Source of the DNA: Candidatus Sysuiplasma jiujiangense
GTDB lineage: Archaea; Thermoplasmatota; Thermoplasmata; Sysuiplasmatales; Sysuiplasmataceae
NCBI GenBank assembly: GCA_019721075.1
Contig: JAHEAD010000016.1
Coordinates: forward strand, 1 to 45,623
Length of the DNA: 45,623 bases
Direction: 5' to 3'
Below the pieces are notes generated by a model. That model saw only the letters and a list, made by a program, of their open reading frames with translations. It did not search any database and was not told where the DNA came from. The number at the start of each line of letters is the position of its first letter. Within the stretch, counting starts at the first letter, position 1. Both the position numbers and the translations under genes were made by a program. Positions 28,175-37,425 of the stretch are shown here, piece after piece.

Positions 28175-29971
28175 GTGCCTGCAGGAAAATTGCTGAAGAC
28201 GATCGCAGCTGTAATCGTCCTGGCTGTTATCGCCGCAGGTTCGGCGGCGGTGGTTTCCGGATATCTGGCAAAGCCGGTCCTCGAAATTTCGCCGGGTACT
28301 GCACTGTCGGGAAATCCCGTCAGGGTAACGGTGATCTTTCCGTTTGGCTCGACCGCGGGCGAATTCAGCGGCCTGTCACTTAATTATGGCGACGGGAACA
28401 GCACCACGCTTGTCTCCTCGCAGCACACTTATCAGAAACCGGGGGTGTACACCATCACGCTCACCTACAGCAGGAACGGCGAAACAGGAAAGGTTACGTC
28501 AGGCGTAAGGATACTCCCGTCCTACTATGAGCTTCCCGCAATGCGCTACGGGGACAGCGCTTCGTACGCAATAACAAACGGCAGCATGAAAGCGGAAAAT
28601 CCATACGGCATTTTTTCCGGTAACTACACGTACAGCGGGCTGAACCTGTCCATAACTGTCGACTCGATAGACCTGCATTTGAACGGGACGGCGGATATCA
28701 GCACTGGAAACGCATCCCTCAATTCAACGGACGGAATGGGCTTCACGCACAATTCATATGAAATCAGACAGACGGTATTTCTGAACGGAAGCGGATTTGC
28801 AATCGGTTTCGCCGCTGGAACAGCGCTCAATATTTCAATGTCGATGAAGGCCCGCCTGCTCATTCGCACCTTCAACAGTGCTGAGAACAACGCAGCAGTA
28901 AGCCAGACCGTGGACGGCAGCATATCGCTGAATGCGGACTATGAAGGGCTGAGCGTACCGATAATTGACAATCTCAGTCTGAAGGCGGTGGCATACGGTT
29001 ATATCGGCAACGGAACGCTCTCGCAGATAATGGAACTTAGCGCGCTCAGCAGATCAGGCATCTTCCAGCTGACAGGGCAGGCGCTGACAAAGTACGTTTC
29101 GCATGTGCCATCCGTACTTGAAACTGGTCTCTACGGCTCATACGGCGGCTATGGCTGGAATGCTACCGCCCTGATACCTTCCCTGAACGACCCGATGCTT
29201 AACCTCACAATAACGGGGAACGGATCGCTGAAGAGAACGCTAACCATGGACGAACTGTCTCCTTATCCTCTTGTTTCGGCAACAAGCTACAGTTTTGAGC
29301 TCAACGGCACAAATGTTGAATTTTTCCTCGGCATGAAGCGGACGGCGTTTGAAGGTGGCAGCGGCTACATTTCTTCCGCTGAAAGCGGAATCATGGAGAA
29401 TGCCGGCGCCAATTACACTCTCTGGAAAGCGGGAAGCAGGGTGCCGGATGTTTCAGGCGGCCTGCTCCGCCTTAATCTGACGACGGCGTACAGCCTGGCG
29501 GTCAACGGCACCGGCCTTGGCTCATTCATCGTGGCCAATCCTGACGCTGTATTCATCAACGGCACATACAATTTCACGCATGCTTCATGGTATTTCGTGA
29601 TGGGCAACCTGTCCGACGGCGCTGGTTACGCCGTTCTTGTCGCCGATTCCAACGGCACGGTCACTGCTTCGGGCAGAAACACAACGGTCAGCGCGGCTCA
29701 GCGCACGGCGCAGGGAGACGGCATCATATCGCTCGATTCTGCAATAGCACTGCTTAACGACAGCAGCGTGAGGAATTACTTTTTCAACGGTAATATGCCC
29801 AACATCAGCAGGCTCTCGTATTCGCCATCGTCGTTTCTGCCCCAGCTTTCGCCGTTTCTGCCGCCTGCATCGCAGGGCGTTCCCCTCTCGGTGTCATTTT
29901 ATGCTGGAAACGGCACCGTTGCCTCGTTTGACTGCCTGAACGGCGAGATGATGTTCTTTCTGGAATCATGA
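28175..29971 (+). CDS. Membrane-anchored PKD-domain surface protein
   Basis: N-terminal hydrophobic anchor; NYGDG...HTY..PGVYTITL PKD motif; very many N-x-S/T sequons. Confidence 0.8.
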   Translation: MPAGKLLKTIAAVIVLAVIAAGSAAVVSGYLAKPVLEISPGTALSGNPVRVTVIFPFGSTAGEFSGLSLNYGDGNSTTLVSSQHTYQKPGVYTITLTYSRNGETGKVTSGVRILPSYYELPAMRYGDSASYAITNGSMKAENPYGIFSGNYTYSGLNLSITVDSIDLHLNGTADISTGNASLNSTDGMGFTHNSYEIRQTVFLNGSGFAIGFAAGTALNISMSMKARLLIRTFNSAENNAAVSQTVDGSISLNADYEGLSVPIIDNLSLKAVAYGYIGNGTLSQIMELSALSRSGIFQLTGQALTKYVSHVPSVLETGLYGSYGGYGWNATALIPSLNDPMLNLTITGNGSLKRTLTMDELSPYPLVSATSYSFELNGTNVEFFLGMKRTAFEGGSGYISSAESGIMENAGANYTLWKAGSRVPDVSGGLLRLNLTTAYSLAVNGTGLGSFIVANPDAVFINGTYNFTHASWYFVMGNLSDGAGYAVLVADSNGTVTASGRNTTVSAAQRTAQGDGIISLDSAIALLNDSSVRNYFFNGNMPNISRLSYSPSSFLPQLSPFLPPASQGVPLSVSFYAGNGTVASFDCLNGEMMFFLES

Positions 29972-29993
29972 CGGAAGGTTATGGCGACGGGTG

Positions 29994-31352
29994 TCATCGC
30001 TGAATACCGTCAAGCGCCTTCGCAATCTCTCTCATTACCTCTTCCGGCTTTGCCTTTCCGTGAAGACGCCTCATGCATTGACCCACAAGAAAATTAATTA
30101 CCTCCTTCCTCCCCTGGCGGTACCTTTCTGCGGCGTCCGTATTTTCAGATATAACCTTTGCAACAGTTTCGGCAATGTGTTCCGGGCCGAACCAGTTTTC
30201 AGTAAAATCGCGGAGCTTTGCTTCGATGGGGCTGCCGTCGAAGAGTGCACGGAGCAATAGTGTGGCGTTCTGGTTTGAAAGTTTTGAGAGGCTGTAGTTC
30301 GACGCTATTTGCAGTATGCCTTCCTGTATCCCCGGTAAGAACGAGGAAGGGAGGCTTCTGTAGTTGAGTTCCGATTTGACATCCCTGGCCACGAAAACGG
30401 ATGCAAATTTCGGATCAGTCCTGGCGGCCAGGAACTCATAGAGGCGCAGAAGGTTCCTGTCCACCACAACAGTTCTTGCATCAGGCTCATGCACGCCATG
30501 ATCCGTCATTTTCCTGAGAATGAGAAAAGGATTCTCCCTTCTCACGTAATCCAGCCCGGAAACATCGACGGGAAGTATGTCGGGATCTGGCAGATACCTG
30601 TAATCCTCGACGCTTTCCTTGTATCTGAGGGATACGGTTGTGCCCGAAATGGGATCGAAATGCCTTGTCTCCTGTTCGACGGTACCTCCGCTTTCAATGA
30701 CCGAAAGCTGCCGCTCCGTTTCATACTCGACCGATTTCACGACACCGTTCAGGGAATTGATGTTCTTGATCTCAACTCTTCTGCCGCCGTTCAGCGAAAT
30801 ATTCGTGTCCACCTTGAAAGGCATCTCTTCCCTGGACACCTCCAGATACTCAAGAGCGAACAGGAGGTCCACAAGCAGCCGTCTTGCCTCTGCCGCACTG
30901 GCGATGTCCGGTTCCGTTACCAGTTCGAGTAGCGGTACACCCGAACGGTTGAAATCGACCTTCCCCTTTGAAATGTCATACTGCCCCGGATCCTCTTCAA
31001 AATGAATTTCGCGCAGCCGGCAGCTGCCAATCCTTCCGCCTGTTGCAACAGGACCCGAGGTCCGCTGATAATTGCTTGGCAAATCAGGATAGAAATAATG
31101 CTTTCTCAGCGTCACGACCGGATAGGGCGAAAGGCTCATTCCGAAGATGTCAGAAATCTGCAGTGCGGCTGTCAGAGCGGAGAGATTGGGCGGCATCGGT
31201 TTGGATCCTGGCTGGCCGGTGCAGACAGGACAGATGTTTGTATTCGGCGGTGCATCGAGAAATGAGGCACTGCACCTGCAGAACATTTTACACCCGGTCT
31301 TCGGGTAAATATGTATCTCGAGTCCCACTTTCAGGGAGACGGGGGTCTGCAT
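29994..31352 (-). CDS. gatB: Asp-tRNA(Asn)/Glu-tRNA(Gln) amidotransferase subunit B
   Basis: GLEIH, FC.C..CPVC..PG, RKHYFYPDLP, HFEED.G, D.NR.GVPL.E.VTEPD, VEIKN.NS, QETR, DYRY.P.PD, C-terminal YqeY-like FLVGQ.M. Confidence 0.95.
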   Translation of the reverse strand: MQTPVSLKVGLEIHIYPKTGCKMFCRCSASFLDAPPNTNICPVCTGQPGSKPMPPNLSALTAALQISDIFGMSLSPYPVVTLRKHYFYPDLPSNYQRTSGPVATGGRIGSCRLREIHFEEDPGQYDISKGKVDFNRSGVPLLELVTEPDIASAAEARRLLVDLLFALEYLEVSREEMPFKVDTNISLNGGRRVEIKNINSLNGVVKSVEYETERQLSVIESGGTVEQETRHFDPISGTTVSLRYKESVEDYRYLPDPDILPVDVSGLDYVRRENPFLILRKMTDHGVHEPDARTVVVDRNLLRLYEFLAARTDPKFASVFVARDVKSELNYRSLPSSFLPGIQEGILQIASNYSLSKLSNQNATLLLRALFDGSPIEAKLRDFTENWFGPEHIAETVAKVISENTDAAERYRQGRKEVINFLVGQCMRRLHGKAKPEEVMREIAKALDGIQR

Positions 31353-31353
31353 G

Positions 31354-32688
31354 TCAGACCAGCCCCTGCAGGCGGTTCATTGCCGAAACAACCTCTTCAT
31401 CCTTTCCTCTTCTGCCGATCAGCTGTATTCCGATACCATGGTCAACAGGCAGACTTCCTGCCGGGAGGGAGCAGACGTTTGCGAGTACCGTGAGCACGTC
31501 GGTAGCGTACATAAGCAGAGGGTCGGATGTTTTTTCTCCAAACGGGTAAGGTGTTACGGGCATTGTAGGCATGACGATCATGTCACTCGTGCCGAGTATC
31601 TCCTCAGCCTCCTCCCTTACCTCATTTCTTGCATTCACAGCCCTTTCATACCATTCGCTCCTCCCTTCGAGGGAAGTGATGTATGTTCCGAGCAGTATTC
31701 TCCTTCTGACTTCCCTGCCGAGCAGGGATCTTGATGCCTTCATTATTTCTGCGATGCCGCCGGCTCCCATTCTCGTTCCGTATCTCAGGCCGTCGAAACG
31801 CTGCATGGCGGATGAAAATTCAGAGTACATTGTAATATAATATGACGGAAGCAGCATGGGCGCATTTTTCAAATCGAATTCGCTGACCGTGCTGCCTGCT
31901 CGCCTCATTGCCTCGACTGCTTTCCGGAATGCTGCGGCCACATCACTACTGCAGAACCTGACAAGGTTCGCGGGTATGGAAATGTCAGCTCCTTCAAAAT
32001 CAAAATCGTTCAGTTTTCTGACACAATCCGTTCTCCGGAATGAATAAGTCGTCTGATCATGCTCGTCGTAGCCGCTGACAGCGTCCATTATTTCCGCGAG
32101 CAGCGGGACCTTACCTCTCGGAACAACGGGAGCGGGGGTCTCGAGGCTCATGGCCATGTCCACCAGGCCGTGGCGTGATATGCGCCCGTAGGTCGGCTTG
32201 AATGCGACTGCATCGCAGAATGCGGCCGGACATCTTGCCGATCCGCCAGTATCGGAACCGAACGCGGCATCAACCAGTCCGGCCGCAACAGCAGCGCCTG
32301 AACCGGACGAGCTGCCTCCTGGAACCATTCCCGGAAAAAGGGGATTCAATGCAGGCCCGAACGCAGAATTCTCCCCGGAGGAGCCGCAGGCGAATTCGTC
32401 CATGTTTGTCTTTCCAAGAATCACTGCGCCATTGGATCTCAGCCGGGAAACAAGTGTGGCGTCATATGGAGACACGTAATTTTCCAGCAGCCTGGAAGCG
32501 CAGGTGAGTCTCTCCCCCTTGACGGCAATGTTGTCCTTGATCCCGAAGATTGTGCCTGCAAGGCTGCCTCCGGCTGAGGTCACCGGCGCCGGCCTGCAGA
32601 GCGTAATGAACACGTTGAAATCATTTCTCTCAATTTCCCTGTAGATGAGGTTCAGCCTTCGGCTGAGGTCACCGCCGGGTTGGGTCAT
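31354..32688 (-). CDS. gatA: Amidotransferase subunit A (amidase signature)
   Basis: IKDNI, GKTNMDEFA.GS, PGGSSSGS, GSDTGGS.R.PA, KPTYG.ISR.G, RFDG.RYG, EVRRRILLGTY. Confidence 0.95.
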   Translation of the reverse strand: MTQPGGDLSRRLNLIYREIERNDFNVFITLCRPAPVTSAGGSLAGTIFGIKDNIAVKGERLTCASRLLENYVSPYDATLVSRLRSNGAVILGKTNMDEFACGSSGENSAFGPALNPLFPGMVPGGSSSGSGAAVAAGLVDAAFGSDTGGSARCPAAFCDAVAFKPTYGRISRHGLVDMAMSLETPAPVVPRGKVPLLAEIMDAVSGYDEHDQTTYSFRRTDCVRKLNDFDFEGADISIPANLVRFCSSDVAAAFRKAVEAMRRAGSTVSEFDLKNAPMLLPSYYITMYSEFSSAMQRFDGLRYGTRMGAGGIAEIMKASRSLLGREVRRRILLGTYITSLEGRSEWYERAVNARNEVREEAEEILGTSDMIVMPTMPVTPYPFGEKTSDPLLMYATDVLTVLANVCSLPAGSLPVDHGIGIQLIGRRGKDEEVVSAMNRLQGLV

Positions 32689-32969
32689 TCAGAGCCCCTG
32701 GGGACAAGCAGCAGCCGGCTCTCCTTTGCCGGGAAGTTGCCTACCACCATATCCGCCTCCTCGGCGGACGAGGTGCAATTCCCGTCATTTCTCGGGCCGG
32801 CCTTATCCGTTCGTGTCTCACCATCCCCTGCACTGAATTTTTCAACTGCCGAGAAAAAATCAAGTATAGTGTTCATTTCATCGGTGAAGAGAGCTATGTC
32901 CTGCGTGTTTAAGGGAAGCATTGCAAGATCTGCCAGCCTGTTAACCTCATCCCTGTCGATTTTTTTCAT
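32685..32969 (-). CDS. gatC: Amidotransferase subunit C
   Basis: IDRDEV..LA.LA.L, ILDFF, NFP....L.VPR; directly upstream of gatA. Confidence 0.85.
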   Translation of the reverse strand: MKKIDRDEVNRLADLAMLPLNTQDIALFTDEMNTILDFFSAVEKFSAGDGETRTDKAGPRNDGNCTSSAEEADMVVGNFPAKESRLLLVPRGSE

Positions 32970-32970
32970 C

Positions 32971-33411
32971 TTACCCATTCCTCTTGACTGTGTCAAAGAT
33001 GGAACATGTTTCTGTCCTATTTACGCCCTCTATCGATCTGAGTTTGTCGATCACAATGTTGCCCAGTTCCTGCAGACTTTGGGCGCTGACCCTCGCAATC
33101 ATGTCCCATCCGCCTGATATCAGGTACAGTTCCTTTATGCCGGGTATGGCGGATATCCTGTTTGCTACCTCCCTCTGCGTTGCGAGTCCAGGCATGAACG
33201 AGATTAGAATGAATGCAGAATGTGATTCACTCAGCTTGCTTTCATCGATATCCACCGTGTACCGGCGTATTATTCCCTCCTTCCGCAGGCTGGATATGCG
33301 CTGCCTGGCGGTTCCCCTGCCTATTCCCAGTCTCTCAGCGATGGAAGAGACAGGCATCCGCGCATTTTCCTTTAACAGGGCCAATATTTCAGCATCCAAT
33401 TTGTCTATCAT
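32971..33411 (-). CDS. Lrp/AsnC family transcriptional regulator
   Basis: MIDKLD.EIL..LKENAR HTH; ISGGWD; ends 1 nt before the gatC start. Confidence 0.92.
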   Translation of the reverse strand: MIDKLDAEILALLKENARMPVSSIAERLGIGRGTARQRISSLRKEGIIRRYTVDIDESKLSESHSAFILISFMPGLATQREVANRISAIPGIKELYLISGGWDMIARVSAQSLQELGNIVIDKLRSIEGVNRTETCSIFDTVKRNG

Positions 33412-33524
33412 GTCAACAACCTGGACCAGGAACAGGCAGAATTAAGCCATTTTGCCTTAGCAGGTCCGGAGAATATTCCAAAAGGTAATTAATATTAGTG
33501 ATGTTTGCTTCAATTCGGATTTAT

Positions 33525-33596
33525 GGCTCCGTAGTCCAATGGGCAAGATATCTGGCTGTTAACCAGGTGATGACCGTTCGAATCGGTCCGGAGCCG
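33525..33596 (+). tRNA. tRNA-Asn (GTT), no intron, CCA not encoded
   Basis: Acceptor GGCTCCG/CGGAGCC, anticodon arm TCTGG-CTGTTAA-CCAGG, T arm GACCG-TTCGAAT-CGGTC, discriminator G. Confidence 0.9.
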
Positions 33597-33802
33597 GGTG
33601 TATTCCGCATTCTGCACTGGCAGGAAGGTGCCAGGATGACCGGAGAATGATGGTCAGACTTTCCCGTGCCTGAGTGGCTAACTGCATTCCAATTTAATTG
33701 CCTTACTTAACATTGCAGTTGTATAAATATGGGCTTTGCTTTTCCTGTATCGACCGGCAGACAACGAACTCAATGAGCTGTTGCGGCATGGGGAGCCAAA
33801 GG

Positions 33803-34645
33803 ATGAATGATGACAGCCCGCTTCGGAGGCTTGGCCTTACCGGGTATGAGAAAAAAATAGTAAGCGCAATGATATCCAGCGGTCTTGACACATTCGATTA
33901 CAGGGAGGCAATGAAACTTGGAGAGATACCCTACGGAAAGGTCTATTTTGTCCTGAATTCTCTTGAAAACAAGGGTTTTCTGAGGAACCTTGGAGGAAGA
34001 CCTAAGAGGTACTCGCTGACACCCCTCGGTGAGGTGATTGACGAATACCTCATCATTCCGCTCATCAGGGAACTTCTTTCCGGCCCGCTGGATTCACAGC
34101 ACATTTTCAGGGACACATGGACGAGGCAGGTTTGTTCCTCCATCCCCGTTTTGAGGCTTGAAGGACAGGGCAGTCCATCGATAGAAATGCTTTCAGGTCT
34201 GGAAGAAATCAGAAAGGCGCAGATTGCAGAAATAATGAATGCCTCCAGGGAGATACTTTTCTGCTTTTCAAAGTCCAATTTCCTTGACAGAAGATTTACA
34301 AGCTACATCAAAATGAGCAGAAATGTGAAAATAAACCTGATCACATCGGTGCCTCCTGGCGAACTTCTGGCAACCACATCACGTAACGACAGAGAGCAGA
34401 TGATGAGCATGCTTTCCAACGAGAAGTTCACATCCAACATACGGTATTACCACTGCCCCGGCCTGAAAGAGAGATTCATGTCAATCGACGGCAGATTCAC
34501 AGCAGTGGGGAGCGATGTTTCTCCGGTCCTTGCGCACATCTACTCCACAGCGATCGGGGCGCAGATGAGGAACAGATTCGAAGAGCTCAGAGGCATATCG
34601 GTGGAACAGCAAATCGGGAAAGTTGTATCCGGCATGTCCGTGTGA
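33803..34645 (+). CDS. TrmB family transcriptional regulator
   Basis: LRRLGLT.YE, IPYGKVY.VL.SLE.KG, GRPKRY N-terminal wHTH; PLD-like C-terminal domain; start uncertain (33773-33803). Confidence 0.85.
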   Translation: MNDDSPLRRLGLTGYEKKIVSAMISSGLDTFDYREAMKLGEIPYGKVYFVLNSLENKGFLRNLGGRPKRYSLTPLGEVIDEYLIIPLIRELLSGPLDSQHIFRDTWTRQVCSSIPVLRLEGQGSPSIEMLSGLEEIRKAQIAEIMNASREILFCFSKSNFLDRRFTSYIKMSRNVKINLITSVPPGELLATTSRNDREQMMSMLSNEKFTSNIRYYHCPGLKERFMSIDGRFTAVGSDVSPVLAHIYSTAIGAQMRNRFEELRGISVEQQIGKVVSGMSV

Positions 34646-34820
34646 CCGTGTTGCACCTGCAGACACTTTCCCGGCGCAAAGACAGTGGCTTAAAACTGCT
34701 GAGCCTGCAGACCCGCAGCGTCTCAGCATGCCTCAGTGAACAGTCGCAGTGAGCGCTGACCATCCCGGACCATGTCAGGCAGAGAACAATTTTAAGCAGC
34801 CGCAGATGATGTTCCCTTCA

Positions 34821-35717
34821 ATGAGCAAAAAAATATTCATAACCGGCGTATGCGGTTTTATCGGCACCCATCTTGCAGCGATGGCAGCGGAGATGGGGTA
34901 TGATGTTTCGGGACTTGCGCATTGCGATAAGGCCATCAGGGATGCGGAGATAACAGTAGGCGACATCAGGGATGCGGCAACGGTGGAGAATGCGTCCAGG
35001 GACTGCGATTATTTCATCCATCTCGCAGCCGTCACTTCAAACGTGGAGTTCGAGAAAAACACAGATTACAGCGTTGACGTGAACATCAACGGCTTCAGGA
35101 CCGCAATAAATGCCGCCGTAAAGAACAGGTGCAGCAGATTTGTGTACGCCTCAAGTGCCGCGATCTATCTGGATTCCTTTTCCGAGGGCAGCGTCATTCC
35201 GTTCAGCATGCAGTCAAATCACTATGCAAAAACGAAGATGATGAACGAGATGATCGCCAGGACATACGCAGAGGTTTTCGGGGTCAGCACGCTCGGCCTG
35301 CGCTATTTCAATGTGTACGGGAGCGGTGAAAACCGGAAGGGGAATTACGCAAGCATCATGTCACAGTTCATTTCGGCATCCATGGCCGGGAAAAAACTGG
35401 AAGTCTACGGCGACGGAACACAGGCAAGAGATTTCATACATGTCTCGGATGTGGCCAGAATAACGCTGATGCTTTCATCCTCACCCCTGACCGGGGCTGT
35501 CAATGTCGGAACGGGCAGAACCATAGAATACGGACGGATCGCGGATATAATCGACGGAAAAAACAAGGAGTTTGTGAAGAATCCGCTATCAAGCTATCAG
35601 CAACTCACCAGGGCAGATACAGGGCTTCTCCGCACTGTCATAGGGGATTACAATTTCGTTGAGGTTGAAGATGGAATAAGGAAGCTCACCAGGGAGATGC
35701 GGGCCGCAACCGGTTAA
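34821..35717 (+). CDS. NAD-dependent epimerase/dehydratase, RfaD/GmhD-like
   Basis: ITGVCGFIG, HLAA, YASSAAIY, YAKTK, RYFNVYG..E..KG.YAS, RDFIHV.DV, YQ..T.AD. Confidence 0.88.
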   Translation: MSKKIFITGVCGFIGTHLAAMAAEMGYDVSGLAHCDKAIRDAEITVGDIRDAATVENASRDCDYFIHLAAVTSNVEFEKNTDYSVDVNINGFRTAINAAVKNRCSRFVYASSAAIYLDSFSEGSVIPFSMQSNHYAKTKMMNEMIARTYAEVFGVSTLGLRYFNVYGSGENRKGNYASIMSQFISASMAGKKLEVYGDGTQARDFIHVSDVARITLMLSSSPLTGAVNVGTGRTIEYGRIADIIDGKNKEFVKNPLSSYQQLTRADTGLLRTVIGDYNFVEVEDGIRKLTREMRAATG

Positions 35718-35756
35718 AACAACGGGCCCTGGCAAGGAGCACTCTAACCGGCACGT

Positions 35757-36257
35757 TCAATTTTTAGCCTGTGATGAAGGGGGAGACTGCCCGGTGCCGG
35801 AAGGAACTGCGTCCTTTCTGTCTGAAGGTGCTTTGTCTGCAGGCGTCTGGACAGGCGGCGCAACAGCCTTCTGCTGCGGTTTCGGCGCAACCGGCGGCGG
35901 TGCGTTCATTTCCCTGATTTTCAGTTCGAAATCATCAACACCCAGGTTTGCAATCCAGTCGACAAACATGCCCGTCAGCCCTTTTGCTCCGGGAACCACC
36001 CTTATACCTGCGGATCGGAGCGCGGCGGCCGTGTCCTCCGAGATGGAGTTTGCCACGACTACATCCACCTTCAGCTTTCGGGCAATAGATATCCATTTTT
36101 CCGGCTGTGGAGGGGAAGGGAAACCGGTCCTGACCAGTGTGCCCGCTACAGTACCGTCTATTATTTCTGCGACAGTATAATATCTTGATTTTTCGAATTC
36201 TCTGGAAATGTTGCTTATCAAACCTGTCTCACTTTCCGAAGGAAGCAGCACGTTCAT
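35757..36257 (-). CDS. NifB/NifX (FeMo-cofactor-binding fold) family protein with Pro-rich tail
   Basis: MNVLLP...IS..F..S.YY, VDVVV..SI...A..L...GIRV pattern. Confidence 0.7.
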   Translation of the reverse strand: MNVLLPSESETGLISNISREFEKSRYYTVAEIIDGTVAGTLVRTGFPSPPQPEKWISIARKLKVDVVVANSISEDTAAALRSAGIRVVPGAKGLTGMFVDWIANLGVDDFELKIREMNAPPPVAPKPQQKAVAPPVQTPADKAPSDRKDAVPSGTGQSPPSSQAKN

Positions 36258-36621
36258 CTTACAGCCTCACACTCCATGCGCCGGCAGCGCTGGTATAGTA
36301 GACAGGGTGTTTACTTAAATGTGTCGAGAACATGTCTGCCGGCAGATAAACCACATGCCTGACATGTTGGCAATGTGCTGACAAAGTGGCACATGTTTTC
36401 CACCGGCCTGCCGCGGCGGTTTTTGAGAACTGCCCTAAATCAGTGGCATTGCACAGCCCTACCTGCCGGGTTGAGACTGCAAACCGCAACGCCTTCATGA
36501 ACAGACGGCCATGAGCAGAAGACTGATATCGCGGGCTCATGCCACTCTGTCGCACAACTGAATTCACAAAATTGACAACAGTTTTAAGTTACATGCCGTT
36601 AAGACACCCGGGTGACAGGGC

Positions 36622-37425
36622 TTGAAGATAGTTGTTCTAGTGAAGGCAGTACCTGAAGTCAGGAACGTCAGACTGTCAATAAAGGGAAATGACATTGACA
36701 AAGGCGAGCTGAACTACGTCATAAACGAACAGGATGATTACGCACTCGAGGAGGGATTGAAGCTGAAAGAGAAGAGCAGAGGGGACGTCACTGTCGTGAT
36801 GCTCGGGGAGGAGTCTGCCAGGAAAGGAGTTACGCAGGTAATGCGCCAGTGCTATGCAAAGGGGGCTGACATCGGCATAATGCTGCTGCATCCGTCATAT
36901 GGCGAATGGGATGATGCCGTAAAGGCGAGAATTATCGCAAAAATCGTTTCGGAACTGAGCCCGGATGTTGTTCTGTGCGGTTCGCAATCGTCCGATACCG
37001 CCTCAAGCAGGCTCGGCCCCATGGTTGCAGAGTTGACTGGAATACCGCATGCGACACTCATAACTTCGCTGGAAACTGACGCTGAGAAGGCATTCAGGGT
37101 GAGAAGAGACCTGGAGCAGGGAGTTCAGGAAGTCGTTCACATCCAGATTCCCTGCCTTGTAAGCACCCAGACTGGAATAAACACGCCGAGATACGCATCG
37201 CTGAGCAGGATCATTGCAGCGACCAAAAAGGAAATCAGGCAGCCAAATCTGTCTGAACTGAAGATTTCAGACGCGGACCTGGAGAAGTGGAACAGAGTCA
37301 GGAGGACTTCCATTTCGTTCCCCGAAGAAAAGTCATCCAGCGCACTGATACTGCAGGGAAAGCCGGAGGAAGAGGCGCAGCAGCTGGTCAGGATGCTGCG
37401 GGAAAAGGGGCTTCTTCAGAGGTGA
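36622..37425 (+). CDS. etfB: Electron transfer flavoprotein beta subunit
   Basis: KIVVLVKAVP, INEQD.YALEE, GAD, GSQSSD, NTPRY; TTG start with GGTGA SD. Confidence 0.93.
   Translation: MKIVVLVKAVPEVRNVRLSIKGNDIDKGELNYVINEQDDYALEEGLKLKEKSRGDVTVVMLGEESARKGVTQVMRQCYAKGADIGIMLLHPSYGEWDDAVKARIIAKIVSELSPDVVLCGSQSSDTASSRLGPMVAELTGIPHATLITSLETDAEKAFRVRRDLEQGVQEVVHIQIPCLVSTQTGINTPRYASLSRIIAATKKEIRQPNLSELKISDADLEKWNRVRRTSISFPEEKSSSALILQGKPEEEAQQLVRMLREKGLLQR

Noticed and set aside
33630..33680. Possible C/D box sRNA downstream of the tRNA (ATGATGG...CTGA)
   Set aside because: C box is imperfect, with no clear C'/D' boxes or terminal stem
36259..36567. 102-aa minus-strand ORF upstream of the NifX-like gene
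   Set aside because: No motif; it spans the TATA-like box of the downstream gene, so the region is more likely regulatory
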